In this document: in pieces, positions 43,213 through 55,851 of the stretch | Numbering within the stretch: position 1 is the first letter of the stretch | Layout: every line of letters starts with the position of its first letter | NCBI GenBank assembly: GCA_035515475.1 | Contig: DATJBF010000046.1 | Span: 917 to 64,916, forward strand | Source: Verrucomicrobiia bacterium | Lineage (GTDB): Bacteria; Verrucomicrobiota; Verrucomicrobiia; Palsa-1439 | DNA length: 64,000 bases | Direction of reading: 5' to 3' | The notes under the pieces: model-generated | Database searches by the model: none | What the model saw: the letters and a program-made list of their open reading frames with translations, nothing else | What the model was told of the DNA's origin: nothing | Translations under genes and position numbers: made by a program

Positions 43213-43890
43213 TCAGGGCAGGTCCAGTTCCTTGATCCGCCGGTCCAAATTCAGCAAACGCGTGTCGACGTGTCGACCGAAGATGTAATGCCCTCGTTTG
43301 GCTTGCTGGCAAAGTTCCCTAAGAATGTGGAGATTGTGGCCCGTAATTCGCAGCACTTCGGTCTCGAACCGTTCCGGGGCCGGCACGCGGAGCTTGAGTT
43401 GCTTGATCTGCGCGCGAAGCACCTGCAGGGTCGCGTCGTGGGCGAGGGGCGCCAACTCAAGTTTGTCAAAATCCCACAGAATCATTTTCAAGTGGCCCAT
43501 GTCCGACCACGCGAGGCTGCGGGTGACGACAATCATCGGGTGCGACTCGTGAATGTTGTCCAAGAGCGATGCCAGCTTCGGGCCAACCCGGCCGACGTGG
43601 TCGAAGACAAAGCTACGGTTCGTGCCAGCAGTTGCCTTGAGGATCGTGCGCTTGCGGACGATGTTGTCGGCCTTTGAGACGGCGAGATTGAGCTGCGCGA
43701 GCAACGATTCGCACGCTGTCTTCAACGTCGCTGTGTCAGCGCAATACAAGACATTCGGCTGACTCCGGCTCGCTTCGGTCACCAGCGCGGTCTTGCCGAC
43801 TCCTTCGGCACCAAACACGACGAGGTTCCTGCCCGCACACAGGTGCTCACGCACGGTCCGTAGTTCGCGGTCTCGACCGAAAAGGTTCAT
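43213..43890 (-). CDS. AAA+/P-loop ATPase, hypothetical
   Basis: Walker A VVFGAEGVGKTAL near the N-terminus (start at MNLFGRD). Last gene of the operon headed by leader copy 1. Confidence 0.5.
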   Translation of the reverse strand: MNLFGRDRELRTVREHLCAGRNLVVFGAEGVGKTALVTEASRSQPNVLYCADTATLKTACESLLAQLNLAVSKADNIVRKRTILKATAGTNRSFVFDHVGRVGPKLASLLDNIHESHPMIVVTRSLAWSDMGHLKMILWDFDKLELAPLAHDATLQVLRAQIKQLKLRVPAPERFETEVLRITGHNLHILRELCQQAKRGHYIFGRHVDTRLLNLDRRIKELDLP

Positions 43891-43897
43891 GGGCAGT

Positions 43898-44245
43898 TCA
43901 GCCCACCTCCACCACGCTGTGGAATCCGCCCAAGTCATCCGACACGCGCGCGATGGCCTTCGGGTCCAGTTGGGGCGTGCCATCAACGAGGAAATGGTAT
44001 TCGTGGTGGCCGCGCTTCAATTCGACGGAGCATTCCCAATAGCCATCGACGGTCCTCTTCATCAGGTAGCTCTTGAATCCCTCGCCGGTGAACTTCCCGA
44101 CGAGCCGGACTCTTTTCGCCTTCGGGGCGCGGAACCGGAACACGACGCATTTCACCAGTGGGAGCACGGGCCGCCTCTCGACAATGTGTTCGTCGAACAC
44201 ATAGAGGTCCGGCTTGTGGATGTAGGTTGAGGGCCGTCTTTTCAT
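43898..44245 (-). CDS. Small CBM48 / AMPK-beta glycogen-binding-domain-like protein (115 aa), paralogue of 24195..24482
   Basis: VRLVGKFTGEGFKSYLMKRTVDGYWECSVELKRGHHEYHFLVDGTPQLDP is a CBM48 core. Confidence 0.5.
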   Translation of the reverse strand: MKRRPSTYIHKPDLYVFDEHIVERRPVLPLVKCVVFRFRAPKAKRVRLVGKFTGEGFKSYLMKRTVDGYWECSVELKRGHHEYHFLVDGTPQLDPKAIARVSDDLGGFHSVVEVG

Positions 44246-44254
44246 CGTTGCTCC

Positions 44255-44965
44255 TCACGCGTCCGTTCCGCCGCTTTCCAAAACCATAGCGAGTCGATCG
44301 GAGACGTGCGGCGGCAAGGGACAAGCGCGCAGTTTCTCGATTGTCTTGGCGGTATCGTATTTCGTCCTGCGCAGCTTGACGACCCCCTCGTCCCACACCG
44401 CATAGCTGGCGCGCGGATCGCCGTCGCGGGGTTGACCGACGCTGCCGGGGTTCACGAAGAGTTTTGTTCCCACTTTGCGAATCATTGGGAAATGCGTGTG
44501 GCCGCAAAACACCACGTCGGCCAGGATCCCTTCCATTTCGCCGGCCAGTTCGATGTCGGTGATGCCCGGTACCAGGTACCGGTACAGGTTGCCGTTGGGG
44601 GCTGCGTGCGCGAGATGAAACCGGCAATTCTGTAGCACGATCTCTTCCGTCCCTGGCAAGAGTTGCAGCCAGGCGATTTGTTCGGCCGTCAGTAAATTGC
44701 GATTCATCTGGCGCGACGCCACCGACAATTCGCGGAACCGTTTGCCGCAGTGGCAGTCATCGTTGAACGCGAGTGCAAAGTCGTGATTGCCTCGCACGCA
44801 GAACTGCGTGTGATGACGGATCCACTGGACGACCTCAGCCGGCTGCGGACCGTAATCGACAAGATCGCCCAGGCACCAAATCTGATCGACGTGCTTTTCC
44901 GCGCTGGCGACGGCGAGCAACGCCTCGTAGTTGCTGTGAATGTCGGAGATGATGAGGATTTTCAT
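44255..44965 (-). CDS. YfcE/MJ0936-type metallophosphoesterase (phosphodiesterase)
   Basis: MKILIISDIHSNYEAL...LGDLVDYGP...RGNHD...CGHTH motifs. Confidence 0.8.
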   Translation of the reverse strand: MKILIISDIHSNYEALLAVASAEKHVDQIWCLGDLVDYGPQPAEVVQWIRHHTQFCVRGNHDFALAFNDDCHCGKRFRELSVASRQMNRNLLTAEQIAWLQLLPGTEEIVLQNCRFHLAHAAPNGNLYRYLVPGITDIELAGEMEGILADVVFCGHTHFPMIRKVGTKLFVNPGSVGQPRDGDPRASYAVWDEGVVKLRRTKYDTAKTIEKLRACPLPPHVSDRLAMVLESGGTDA

Positions 44966-45300
44966 GCCGCCACGTTCGATTCACGGGGCTTTTTGTGGCC
45001 GTCGTACAGAAAGCAGCCGCAGTATGGACACGATGCCAACATCTCGCTGGCCTCGCGCACCATCCACACGTCGCCGACCGGCAACTGCAGGTGACAGGCC
45101 CCGCAGGCACCCGATTCGGAGATGGCGGCGACCGCGACGCGGCGTCGTTGCAGCAAGCGGTCAAACCTCGTGAGGTACAGCTCGGGAATCCCGCCGCGCA
45201 ACCGGAGGATGCGCCTCCCAACGCCCGTTGCAACAGCTGCGCGACGTGCGCGTAGCGTCAACTCTTGGAGTCTAATCATCATCGCTAACGTCCTGTTCAT
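44962..45300 (-). CDS. C4 zinc-ribbon domain protein
   Basis: CGACHLQLP ... CPYCGCFLY is a four-Cys ribbon after a helical N-terminus. First gene downstream of leader copy 1. Confidence 0.55.
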   Translation of the reverse strand: MNRTLAMMIRLQELTLRARRAAVATGVGRRILRLRGGIPELYLTRFDRLLQRRRVAVAAISESGACGACHLQLPVGDVWMVREASEMLASCPYCGCFLYDGHKKPRESNVAA

Positions 45301-45317
45301 GACGACCTCTGCGAATT

Positions 45318-45396
45318 AAAAAACTCCTACCGAAACTTTCGTTTCAGTAGGAGTCATTAGTCGTCGGTAGAACGACGTTGGGCGAACTCCATCGCC
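45318..45396 (-). promoter_or_regulatory. Conserved structured 5' leader element, copy 1 of 3
   Basis: Plus-strand AAAAAACTCCTACC-loop-GGTAGGAGTCAT ... GGCGAACTCCATCGCC. The same blocks recur at 52201-52295 and 58118-58202. Confidence 0.6.
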
Positions 45397-45477
45397 ACTA
45401 TTTACAGCATTAGGTTGCCAGTACTCGACCGCAAAGTCAACCTCGCTGAACAATGCGGTTGGCGTTAGAGTTCCGGG

Positions 45478-46329
45478 ATGCCGCTTCCGGAAATCTGGAA
45501 AAACCCGCGTGATGAATCGGTGTTGCGGCTGATCCCGCTGGGCACCTTTGTGATGGGGTCGACGGCCGAAGACATCGCGGCGGCGACGCGCATGGACAAG
45601 GAAGGCCCGGAGTTTGGGTTGCGCCACGAAACGCCGCAGTTTCAAAGCCGGACGCCGCTCTATTATATCGGCGTTCACCCCGTGACGAATGAACAATACG
45701 CTCGCTTCCTTTCGGAGACACGACCAGCGCACGATCAACTCGATTACTGGCTGCCTTGGAACGAACGCATCGCCCCGTCCGACTCGACGAACAAATCGTA
45801 TCGCGTGGTGGCTGGCTTCGGGCGGCATCCCGTCGTCAACGTCTCGTGGTTTGGCGCGGAGGCGTACTGTCGTTGGGCTGGGTTACGGTTGCCGACCGAG
45901 ATCGAATGGGAAAAAGCCGCGCGCGGCACGGATGGCCGCCTCTTTCCGTGGGGTAACGACTGGCGGCCCGATGCGCTGTGTTGGTGGAGCAATCGCGGTC
46001 GCAATGAAACCACCGCACCAGTGGATGCTTTCGCCGAAGGCCGCTCGCCGTACGGCCTCTACCAGATGGCCGGCAACGTCGAGGAATGGTGCGTCGACTG
46101 GTACCAGCCCGACGTTTACCAGCGTTACGCCACCGGCGACCTGCGCCCGCCGACGCACGGCGTCGGTCGCGTCGCACGCGGCGGCGCGTGCCTGCGTCGG
46201 AACAAACTAGAGTTCCGTTGCGCCATGCGCCGCGCCAACCCTCCCGCCCTCGTCAACATCCTCTACACCGGTTTGCGCTGCGCCGCGGATGCGCGTATCG
46301 CCGAGCAGTCGGTTGCTGGCTACGATTGA
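45478..46329 (+). CDS. FGE-sulfatase (SUMF1/formylglycine-generating-enzyme-like) domain protein
   Basis: RLIPLGTFVMGS...HPVTNEQYARFL...HPVVNVSWFGAEAYCRWAGLRLPTEIEWEKAARG...YQMAGNVEEWCVDWY are FGE signature blocks. Confidence 0.8.
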   Translation: MPLPEIWKNPRDESVLRLIPLGTFVMGSTAEDIAAATRMDKEGPEFGLRHETPQFQSRTPLYYIGVHPVTNEQYARFLSETRPAHDQLDYWLPWNERIAPSDSTNKSYRVVAGFGRHPVVNVSWFGAEAYCRWAGLRLPTEIEWEKAARGTDGRLFPWGNDWRPDALCWWSNRGRNETTAPVDAFAEGRSPYGLYQMAGNVEEWCVDWYQPDVYQRYATGDLRPPTHGVGRVARGGACLRRNKLEFRCAMRRANPPALVNILYTGLRCAADARIAEQSVAGYD

Positions 46330-46472
46330 CAAGCCGCCAGCTCGTTGGTACTGATATGTCAACCAGTCTGGAGCGTGGTTCTGCTCCAGAAGGTGATGGA
46401 GTCCACCGCAATCGCCGGTTGGCTGATGACTCCTGTTGAGGCTGAAGTGCCTCAGTCAGGAGCGGTCAGCGA

Positions 46473-48281
46473 ATGCAGATCGACAATGTGGACGCCACCG
46501 AGCCGGCGGAGATTACCACTACCGGCAGAATTCCCTTGCCCAACCTGCTGCGCGATGCCAGCGAACGCGTCGGCGCGCTCGGCGCGGAATTCGAGGCCGA
46601 CCGTGACCGCTTGGACGGGTTGCAGCAGCGGTTGCGCGAGGAGCGGTGTCATCTCGCTGTGCTCGGCCAGTTCAAACGCGGCAAGAGCACGTTGATCAAC
46701 GCGTTGCTCGGCGCGCCGGTCTTGCCGGCCTCGGTCGTACCGCTCACGTCGATCCCGACATTTCTGCACGGCGGAGAACAACTCACGGCCCGGGTGGTTT
46801 TTGAAAACGGGAAGCCGGACGAGCGGTTTGCCGGTCCGGACGCGGATGCGCTCGGTGAGTTCCTGGGGAGATTTGTCACCGAAGAAGCCAACCCGCACAA
46901 CCGGCTTGGCGTTAAACAGGTCGAAGTCACCTACCCGGCCACGGTACTGCGCCAGGGGCTGGCATTGATCGACACGCCCGGTATCGGTTCAACGTTCCGG
47001 CACAACACCGAGGCGACCTTGAATTTTCTCCCGCAATGCGACGCGGCGGTGTTCGTCGTGTCGGCCGACCCGCCGGTCACGGAGGTCGAAATTGAGTTTC
47101 TCAAACACGTGCGCGGCAAGCTGGCGCGTGTGTTTTTCATCCTCAACAAAATCGACTACCTCGATGCCGATGAACGCGTTACCGCTGTCGCGTTTCTCCA
47201 GCGGATGTTGCGTGAACAAGCCGGGTTCGAGTCGCCGGCAATCTTCTGTACTTCCGCCCGGCAAGGCCTGAATGCTCGGCAGGACCAGGATGCCGCCAAC
47301 TGGCAACGCAGCGGCGTGGCGGAGATCGAACACCGGATCGTGGAATTCCTGCTCAACGAAAAGACCGACGTGTTGAACCACGCGATTTCCCGGCAAGCGG
47401 ACGACATTCTCGCCGATGTGCAGAGCCGGTTGGAACTGACCCGTCGCTCCCTGCAACTGCCGCTGGCAGACCTCGGCGACCGCGTCCGTCAATTCGAGCA
47501 AAGTCTGACCCGCGTCGAAGAACAACGCATTATCTTGTTGAATCGGCTGGCCCAGGAAGAAACGCGTCTAGCCAAATCAATCGGTGAACGCGCCGACCAA
47601 TTGCTGCCGAAGAGCTTCAAATTTCTGTACGGGATCGTGCAGGCGACCGCGGAACGCGAGGGTGCAAGGTGGACCGAAGACTCAACCCGCAAGGTTATTG
47701 CCGAGGCCATTCCCAGCTTCTTCGAGCGCGAATTTGGCGATGCCCATCAATTGTGTGAGCGGGAATTGCAGGAAGCCCTGCTGCCGCACCGGCGCCGGGC
47801 CGACGAACTCATCGCTTCCGTTCATCATCTCGTGGCGAAATTGTTCGAGCTGCCCTTTGAACCGCCACCGGCTAAGATTGGACTCGCCAGCAGTCGGCCT
47901 TACTGGCGCACCCGGCAATGGATCTTCACCTCGATCAGCTCGATCCCGCCGTCTTGGATTGACCGACTGCTCTCGCAACGGCTGCGCCACGCCCGCATTC
48001 GCCGGCGCGTCATGGAACAGGTGGACTATCTCGTCACCCGCAACGTCGGCGACCTTCAGTCAGGTCTTGTGGAGAACTTGGCAACGAGCGTTCAGAACTT
48101 CCGCACCACGCTCGAAGATCGTCTCCAACGGGCCATTCAAACGACCCGCGCCGCCATCGAAAACGCCCGGCGTCGTCGCACGGAAGATTCCGCCAGCGTC
48201 GCCCCCGAAATCGCGCGACTCGAATTAGCCGCGGCGGATCTGCAAACCCTCCGGCAAGGTCTCGCGCCGGTTCGGCGATGA
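46473..48281 (+). CDS. Bacterial dynamin-like GTPase (BDLP/DynA family)
   Basis: G1 VLGQFKRGKSTLINALLG, G2/G3 LIDTPGIGS, G4 ILNKID, with long helical stalk/paddle regions. 602 aa. Confidence 0.8.
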   Translation: MQIDNVDATEPAEITTTGRIPLPNLLRDASERVGALGAEFEADRDRLDGLQQRLREERCHLAVLGQFKRGKSTLINALLGAPVLPASVVPLTSIPTFLHGGEQLTARVVFENGKPDERFAGPDADALGEFLGRFVTEEANPHNRLGVKQVEVTYPATVLRQGLALIDTPGIGSTFRHNTEATLNFLPQCDAAVFVVSADPPVTEVEIEFLKHVRGKLARVFFILNKIDYLDADERVTAVAFLQRMLREQAGFESPAIFCTSARQGLNARQDQDAANWQRSGVAEIEHRIVEFLLNEKTDVLNHAISRQADDILADVQSRLELTRRSLQLPLADLGDRVRQFEQSLTRVEEQRIILLNRLAQEETRLAKSIGERADQLLPKSFKFLYGIVQATAEREGARWTEDSTRKVIAEAIPSFFEREFGDAHQLCERELQEALLPHRRRADELIASVHHLVAKLFELPFEPPPAKIGLASSRPYWRTRQWIFTSISSIPPSWIDRLLSQRLRHARIRRRVMEQVDYLVTRNVGDLQSGLVENLATSVQNFRTTLEDRLQRAIQTTRAAIENARRRRTEDSASVAPEIARLELAAADLQTLRQGLAPVRR

Positions 48282-48985
48282 AACCAATCCCGCCAGCAGC
48301 AGTTGATGTTCATATCGCCGGGCTGCGCGTCCCGAATTGGACGGTGCGTTGGCAAGCCGCGAAGACGCTGGCGGTCATCGGTGGCCAGCGTGAAGTCGAG
48401 CCGCTGATCGCCGCGCTGAGCGACGCGGATATCTGGGTGCGTTGGGAAGTGGCGCACGCATTGGGAAACATCGGAGGCGCACGCGCCCTCGAAGCGCTCG
48501 TCTCGGTCATGCGCGATCCGGATAGTTGGGTGCGTTGGGAAGCGACGCGAGCACTGGGAAACATTGGCGGGACACGTGCAGTCGAACCGCTGCTGGCAGC
48601 CCTGGGTGATACGGAGGCGCAAGTCCGCTGGGAAGCGGCCGTGGCGCTGGGAAAGATCGGCGCAGAGCGCGCAATTGCTGCGTTGGTCGCCGCTCTCAAC
48701 GACCGTGAAGAGCGCGTGCGGTGGGAAGCGGCCCACGCCTTGGGCAACGTCGGTGGCGCACGCGCAATCGAGGCCCTGATCGTCGCTCTCCATGACTCCG
48801 ACGATCGGGTGCGAGGTGAGGCGGCGCGGGCGTTGGGGAACATCGGCGATGCTCGGGCATTGCCCGAACTTGACCGCACTTCACGCGAGAACAACGGGAT
48901 GACGGGGTGGGATGCCGAAGTGGCTGGTCAGGCGCGGGCGGCATCCAAGCAGATCCGGCAACGGATGAGATCTTCGATCCACTGA
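48278..48985 (+). CDS. HEAT-repeat (PBS-lyase type) protein
   Basis: Six or more repeats of VRWEAAxALGNIGGARA(I/L)E(A/P)L(I/L)AAL. ATGA-coupled to the dynamin gene. Confidence 0.8.
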   Translation: MKPIPPAAVDVHIAGLRVPNWTVRWQAAKTLAVIGGQREVEPLIAALSDADIWVRWEVAHALGNIGGARALEALVSVMRDPDSWVRWEATRALGNIGGTRAVEPLLAALGDTEAQVRWEAAVALGKIGAERAIAALVAALNDREERVRWEAAHALGNVGGARAIEALIVALHDSDDRVRGEAARALGNIGDARALPELDRTSRENNGMTGWDAEVAGQARAASKQIRQRMRSSIH

Positions 48986-49024
48986 TTCTCGTTGTCCGGC
49001 ACGACGACGTCCTGACTACGAAAG

Positions 49025-50590
49025 TCAGCCGGTCCCGACGCTCTTCGCCGCACCGTCGAATATCTCTCGATACAAGTCCACCCCAAAGCTGGTTGGCAAC
49101 GGCTCGCCCGGAAGCAATTTGAAGGTCCGCGTCCCATCGGCTTGGCGTTCGGCGCGCAAGAACAGGACGCCGTCGGTCTTGTCCCCATCGAGGTTGTGGG
49201 CGAATTCATACATGTGTGTCACGAAGAAGATTTTGACGCGTGTTTCCAGCAACGCGCGGACGATCTGCCGGGCGATCTCCGAGCCTTCCCGTTCGTTGGT
49301 CGCGGCAAAAGATTCGTTGAACAGCAAGATCGAGTCCGGCGTTAGCGCGTCGGCGATGGCGCTCATCCGCTTAAGCTCTTCATCGAATTTCCCGCTCGTC
49401 ATGGTGGTGTCTTCCTCGCGCTTGTAATGCGTGAACAGGCCGCGGCAAATATCGGCAGTAAATGACTCGGCGGCCACAAACATGCCGCATTGCATCATGA
49501 GCTGCGCCAGCCCCACGCCGCGCAAGAAGGTCGATTTTCCGCCCTGATTGGCGCCGGTGATGATGAAGAGTTTCTTCCCGTCGGCACCCAAGTCGTTCCC
49601 GACGACACCTGAATCGGTTGTGAGCGCGAGACAGACATCGCGCAGTCCGACACACGAGTGCTTGCGAGCAGCGGGTGGTGCCGGAACAGGGAAGCACACC
49701 GGCACTCTTTTCAGGGCAAGCTGGTGGTGCAAGTTCACGCAGCCGAGATAGAACGCCAGTTCGGCCCGCAGCATCACAAAGAAGCTCAGCATGTGGTCGG
49801 CGGACTGGGCAGCCGCATTCGCCACCAGATTGATTCCCCGGTTCTGCATCTCGGACAACGCCCGCGCGCCGGCTTCGTCGCGCTCGGCGAGGCGGTAGGT
49901 GTAAGCGGGCGGCCTCCGAGAGAAGATCCGCCGGATCCAGCCCGGCTTTCCGCGCAGCGATTGGCGCAGGACGTAGTTGATACCTTGGTTGCCTTTCCCC
50001 AGTTCGGCGCTCACCAAGATGCCATCGCGGAACTTCAGTTCCTTGAGACGAGCTTTGATGGCAGCGAAATAATCATCCGTCAATTCCATTGTGAGCATCT
50101 TGAAAAACGCCGTGAAGCCCTCCGACTCAAATTCGGCGGCATGTTCATCGCCGACGGCCTTCAACCTGCCGAGAACATCCGTGAAGATCTGCAGCAATTC
50201 GCCCGCCTCATACAATATGCTGCGCGGAAATGCGCTGGAGAGGCTCAGCCAACGCCGTTGTTGGCGTTCGATCGCCTCGACGGCAAGACCGTAAATGGTC
50301 TTGACGATGGAATCGTGTTGCAGACAGTCCTTGAGGACAGCGTGACGGTAACGAATGGTTTCAGCATCGTCACGCAGACCCGAGAGGACCGCCTGCTTTG
50401 CCACCTGGAACAGAAATTTATCGCCACGCGCCATGGCGTTGAACAAGGTGTTGAGTTCCAGATCCTGCATTAATGTTTCTTCGTGTGATAGCAGTTTCGG
50501 TCTCACATCGAAATCCCTGTGGCGAGACCACGACGGCGGTTCCTCCTCAAAGTGGAAATCACGATCCCGATACATCAGGTGCGCTTTCAT
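49025..50590 (-). CDS. MutS-domain-V (ABC-type) ATPase, MutS-like without mismatch-binding domains (downstream copy)
   Basis: Walker A ITGANQGGKSTFLRGVG, Walker B/D-loop ILLFNESFAATNEREGSEIA, and a core/lever-like N-terminal helical region. Confidence 0.75.
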   Translation of the reverse strand: MKAHLMYRDRDFHFEEEPPSWSRHRDFDVRPKLLSHEETLMQDLELNTLFNAMARGDKFLFQVAKQAVLSGLRDDAETIRYRHAVLKDCLQHDSIVKTIYGLAVEAIERQQRRWLSLSSAFPRSILYEAGELLQIFTDVLGRLKAVGDEHAAEFESEGFTAFFKMLTMELTDDYFAAIKARLKELKFRDGILVSAELGKGNQGINYVLRQSLRGKPGWIRRIFSRRPPAYTYRLAERDEAGARALSEMQNRGINLVANAAAQSADHMLSFFVMLRAELAFYLGCVNLHHQLALKRVPVCFPVPAPPAARKHSCVGLRDVCLALTTDSGVVGNDLGADGKKLFIITGANQGGKSTFLRGVGLAQLMMQCGMFVAAESFTADICRGLFTHYKREEDTTMTSGKFDEELKRMSAIADALTPDSILLFNESFAATNEREGSEIARQIVRALLETRVKIFFVTHMYEFAHNLDGDKTDGVLFLRAERQADGTRTFKLLPGEPLPTSFGVDLYREIFDGAAKSVGTG

Positions 50591-52200
50591 GGCGTCTCGC
50601 CCGTGCGGCTTCGCACCCGCTCCTTCAGCCGGTCGTAAGTCACCCGGTATTTCTCGGCAATTGCCAGGGCGTAGGCAAGGCCGTCGGCCGGTCTTCTCTC
50701 GATCTTATAGGTGCGCAAGGTCGGATTGTCCGGCACGACTCCGGCGACGACGCTGACGGTTTTCTCGTTCAAAGAGGCAAGTTCATCCAGGAAGGTCACG
50801 CAAACGCACAGCAGATCAAGTTGCGATATGGTCTCCAGAACCTTTCTGGTCAGGCAGATGGCATCTTTCACAGTCGTCGAGGAAACCATCTCGTTAATGA
50901 CAATGATGCTGTTGGGCGTGGCGTCGGTGAGAATCTGATGAATCCTGACCAGATCGTCCTTCAGTTTCCCGCGCAGCGTCGCGATGTCCTCCCGGCGCTC
51001 GAAGTGCGTGAAGAGGCGGTCAAAAAGAAAGAGTTGCGCCTCTGAACCGGGCACAGGACAACCCAGGCTCGCCAGATAGTGCAGTTGCCCGAACGTGCGG
51101 GCGAAGGTCGTCTTTCCGCCCTGATTCGGGCCGGAGACGACGAAGATGCGCTCCTTGCCGCTCAAGCTGAAATCATTGCACACGACTGGTTTTTTTTCGC
51201 GTATGAGTTGGCCCGCCAGCGCCAAGTCAAAGCCCTCGCGGTTGCTGATGTTCTGGCACGTGTCGGAAACCCGTGGATGGCAGAACTTCAGGCCATTGCG
51301 CTTGAATGTTTCGGCATAATCCAGATACGCGATGTAGAATTGAATTTCCCGGTCGAAAACAACAATCGTGTTTTCGAGAAAACCTCCGTTCTTCGTGCTG
51401 AACCCGTCGAGTGCGCGAAAGGCATCGGGGTTTAGGAGCGCGACCCGGTCCAGCACGGCGGCTTCGACGTGGTTCAGGTTCGTATAGGATGGGAATCTGA
51501 CCCGGTAATCCTTCACGGCACCTTGTTTGAACTTCGCGAACGTCTCCTCGACGACAACGCTGTAATCGGGTTCGGCCTCGTAGTCGCAGACGGTGACGCT
51601 GCCGCCTTTGATGAGCAAGCAGTAGACAATGGCCGCGAGGCCGGATTTCACAGCTTTCGCCTCTTGGAGGAGCGCTTGGAAGCGGTCCGATTCGGTGTAC
51701 TGCGTCAGAAACGTCCGGAAGGACAGAAGGCCACGCGAACTCGGCTCCGCCAGATCGAGATTGTGCCGCAACTCCGCGACCGATTCACAATACAGTTCCG
51801 CGGCGTCCAGTAACCAGGCTTCCTGTTCGTATTTGTAGGAGAGCTTCTCCGCGGCGGTCAGACGCTCCCGCACGGCGCGCATTTGCTTCGAGAATGATTT
51901 GATGCTATCGAACAGCGGTTTGCCTTCGATGTCGCGCATGACTTGCTGGCGATACTCAATCGCCCCGAGATCGGTCAGGCGGGAGTAAAAGAACGGTTTG
52001 AGATTATACTCATCCCTGCCGTCCGTAATGGCGTCCACGATCTGATCGAGATTCAAATCGCGAAAGAAATCCGGCGGCTCGACCGTTTCCCCACTACGTG
52101 CGTTGTCCGTTCCGTCGAAAAGGATGCTGTGGAAACTTGGGGGTGAGACGGCGACAGCCGTCTCGCGTTCGCAACCCTGGCCAGCGCTTAACGTTTGCAT
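50587..52200 (-). CDS. MutS-domain-V (ABC-type) ATPase, MutS-like (upstream copy), ATGA-coupled to its paralogue
   Basis: Walker A VSGPNQGGKTTFARTFG and D-loop IIVINEMVSSTTVKDAI. N-terminal region paralogous to 49025..50590. Confidence 0.75.
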   Translation of the reverse strand: MQTLSAGQGCERETAVAVSPPSFHSILFDGTDNARSGETVEPPDFFRDLNLDQIVDAITDGRDEYNLKPFFYSRLTDLGAIEYRQQVMRDIEGKPLFDSIKSFSKQMRAVRERLTAAEKLSYKYEQEAWLLDAAELYCESVAELRHNLDLAEPSSRGLLSFRTFLTQYTESDRFQALLQEAKAVKSGLAAIVYCLLIKGGSVTVCDYEAEPDYSVVVEETFAKFKQGAVKDYRVRFPSYTNLNHVEAAVLDRVALLNPDAFRALDGFSTKNGGFLENTIVVFDREIQFYIAYLDYAETFKRNGLKFCHPRVSDTCQNISNREGFDLALAGQLIREKKPVVCNDFSLSGKERIFVVSGPNQGGKTTFARTFGQLHYLASLGCPVPGSEAQLFLFDRLFTHFERREDIATLRGKLKDDLVRIHQILTDATPNSIIVINEMVSSTTVKDAICLTRKVLETISQLDLLCVCVTFLDELASLNEKTVSVVAGVVPDNPTLRTYKIERRPADGLAYALAIAEKYRVTYDRLKERVRSRTGETP

Positions 52201-52295
52201 GACTCGTTACCGATTCTCATTGCGTTTCGGTAGGAGTCATCAACCGGAGGGCGGTTCCCCCGAAATGCTTCGGGGCAGGCAAACTCCATTGCCTG
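52201..52295 (-). promoter_or_regulatory. Conserved structured 5' leader element, copy 2 of 3 (abuts the start codon)
   Basis: GACTCGTTACCG-loop-CGGTAGGAGTCAT ... CAGGCAAACTCCATTGCCTG. The second hairpin carries a compensatory G-C to A-T change relative to copies 1 and 3. Confidence 0.6.
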
Positions 52296-52410
52296 AACAA
52301 ATTCTATCATCCTTTCAGGTGAATGCAACCATCCCGGCAGCCTGCCCGGATGTCGAGGGGATTCGCCAGCGGTGTCGAGGCAACGGCGCTCCCCAATCAG
52401 TCAATCACTT

Positions 52411-54164
<1,754 letters not shown>

Positions 54165-55851
54165 ACAGCTCGATTGCCAACCAGATGGGTGATGGCCCGC
54201 AGGTAGGCGTCCTGCTCGTCCTCGTTGCGAAGATACCGGCGGAGCGCGTCGGTCTTCAGGGCAAACGCCTGCATGTCCTCACCGACTTCCTCGAAACAAC
54301 GCGCGGCTTCGGTCAGGAGAAATCGCACAACCTCTTGGTCGCTCGTTGCGGCAATCATCATCGCCAAGTGACGGAGACAGGCTCCTTGCGAGCGGGTGTA
54401 GATTTCGCGCCCCGCAGCTTCGGCCAGAAATCCTGCGAGCTTTTCCACGTGGCTCTTCTCGGCCTCGCGCAGTAAACAGCACACGCGACAGTTCTTCGAG
54501 TCGCGGGCCAACTCGCGCACGACCTGTTGTGCATCGGACGAATCAGATGCCTGCGCCAGCAATCGCGAAACACGTTCGACGAGCTTGGCGTAGCCGACCG
54601 ATGCGCCGACCGGCGACGACAGCATGTTCAACTGCCACGTATGCAGCGGACAGAAACCCAACTCAGCCGCAAACTCGATTTGCGCCTTCTCGTCGGTCGA
54701 GATCGCGTATTGCCATTGTGAGAAGAAGTCGAACGCGACGCGATACAAGTGGTCGCAGACCGGGCAACTGCGCGTCTTCATGGCGGCGGTTGGTTCCGGT
54801 GGCGCGGGTTTCAGGATGACCGGCATTGAGACTTCCGTCGTGGCCGGCGGCGCGGGAGCGGCCGGCAGGTTCAGAATCTCACGCTGCGCGGCCAGAAGAC
54901 AGTGGCGAATGGCCGGTAGCCGCGCGTCGTCGGCTTGGATTTCGCTCAGGTGGAGCGCGCGTTCAGCAATGGCCGCCAGAAAGGTGGCGGCCTTCTCGTC
55001 GGAGAGGAACCGACTCAGTTCCTCCTGCAACGGCGGAAGGCCCGACCCGTCTTCTTCAGCAAGGGCGAGTTTGCAGGACAGCGGGAAGATGCGCAGGCCG
55101 TCCGCACCCATCTGCTCATGGAGGGTCTTGGTGATGAAGTCCAAGACCTCCCGCCGTTCGTGTTCGGCGAGCAGGTCGGTCTTGTTGACGACGAAGAAAA
55201 TCTTATGAACGTGCTGCCGAATGCTTTCTAGGAACTCCAACTCGGCACTGGTGAGCGGGGAGTCCACGCTGGTGACGAACAGCACGGCATCGCATTGTGG
55301 GATGAAAGCGTAGGTGGTGGCGGTATTGGCGGTGATCGCCGAGCCGACGCCGGGGGTGTCCACGAATTCCAAGCCACGCCGCAGAAACGGCACTGGCACC
55401 TCGACGGTGGCCGTCTTGACCTTCTTGCGATTGCCAGGGTTGCCCCGCTCGGTCACGTAATCTTCGAGTTGCGAGAGCGACACGATCTCGGGCCATTGCA
55501 ATCCCTCGCGCTCCACCACGAGCCGTTCCTGCGGTCCGAATTTTAGCACGGTGATCGCCGAGGTGAGCGGCAGCACGCCGGTGGGGAGCAGTTCGCACCC
55601 GATGATCGCATTCATCAACGAGCTCTTGCCGCGCTTGAACTGACCAAGCACGGCCAGCGTGAACCGGTCCTCGGCGAGTTTCACCATCAACTCCTCGCAT
55701 TGCCGGTCGCGCCCTTCGTCGCCACATTTCTTGAGCACATCGCGCAACAGGCGCAACTGGCTGGCGAGAGACAGCTTGATTCGGCTGTACGCCTTGAGTT
55801 TCTCCTGATCGGGAGCGGTTTCGCGGCGATCAACCGTTATCTGGTCGGTGT

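Noticed and set aside
48986-49024. CTGACT-ACGAA-AGTCAG hairpin between convergent HEAT and MutS-like genes
   Set aside because: Short 6-bp stem without a U-tract on either strand. Too weak to call a terminator.
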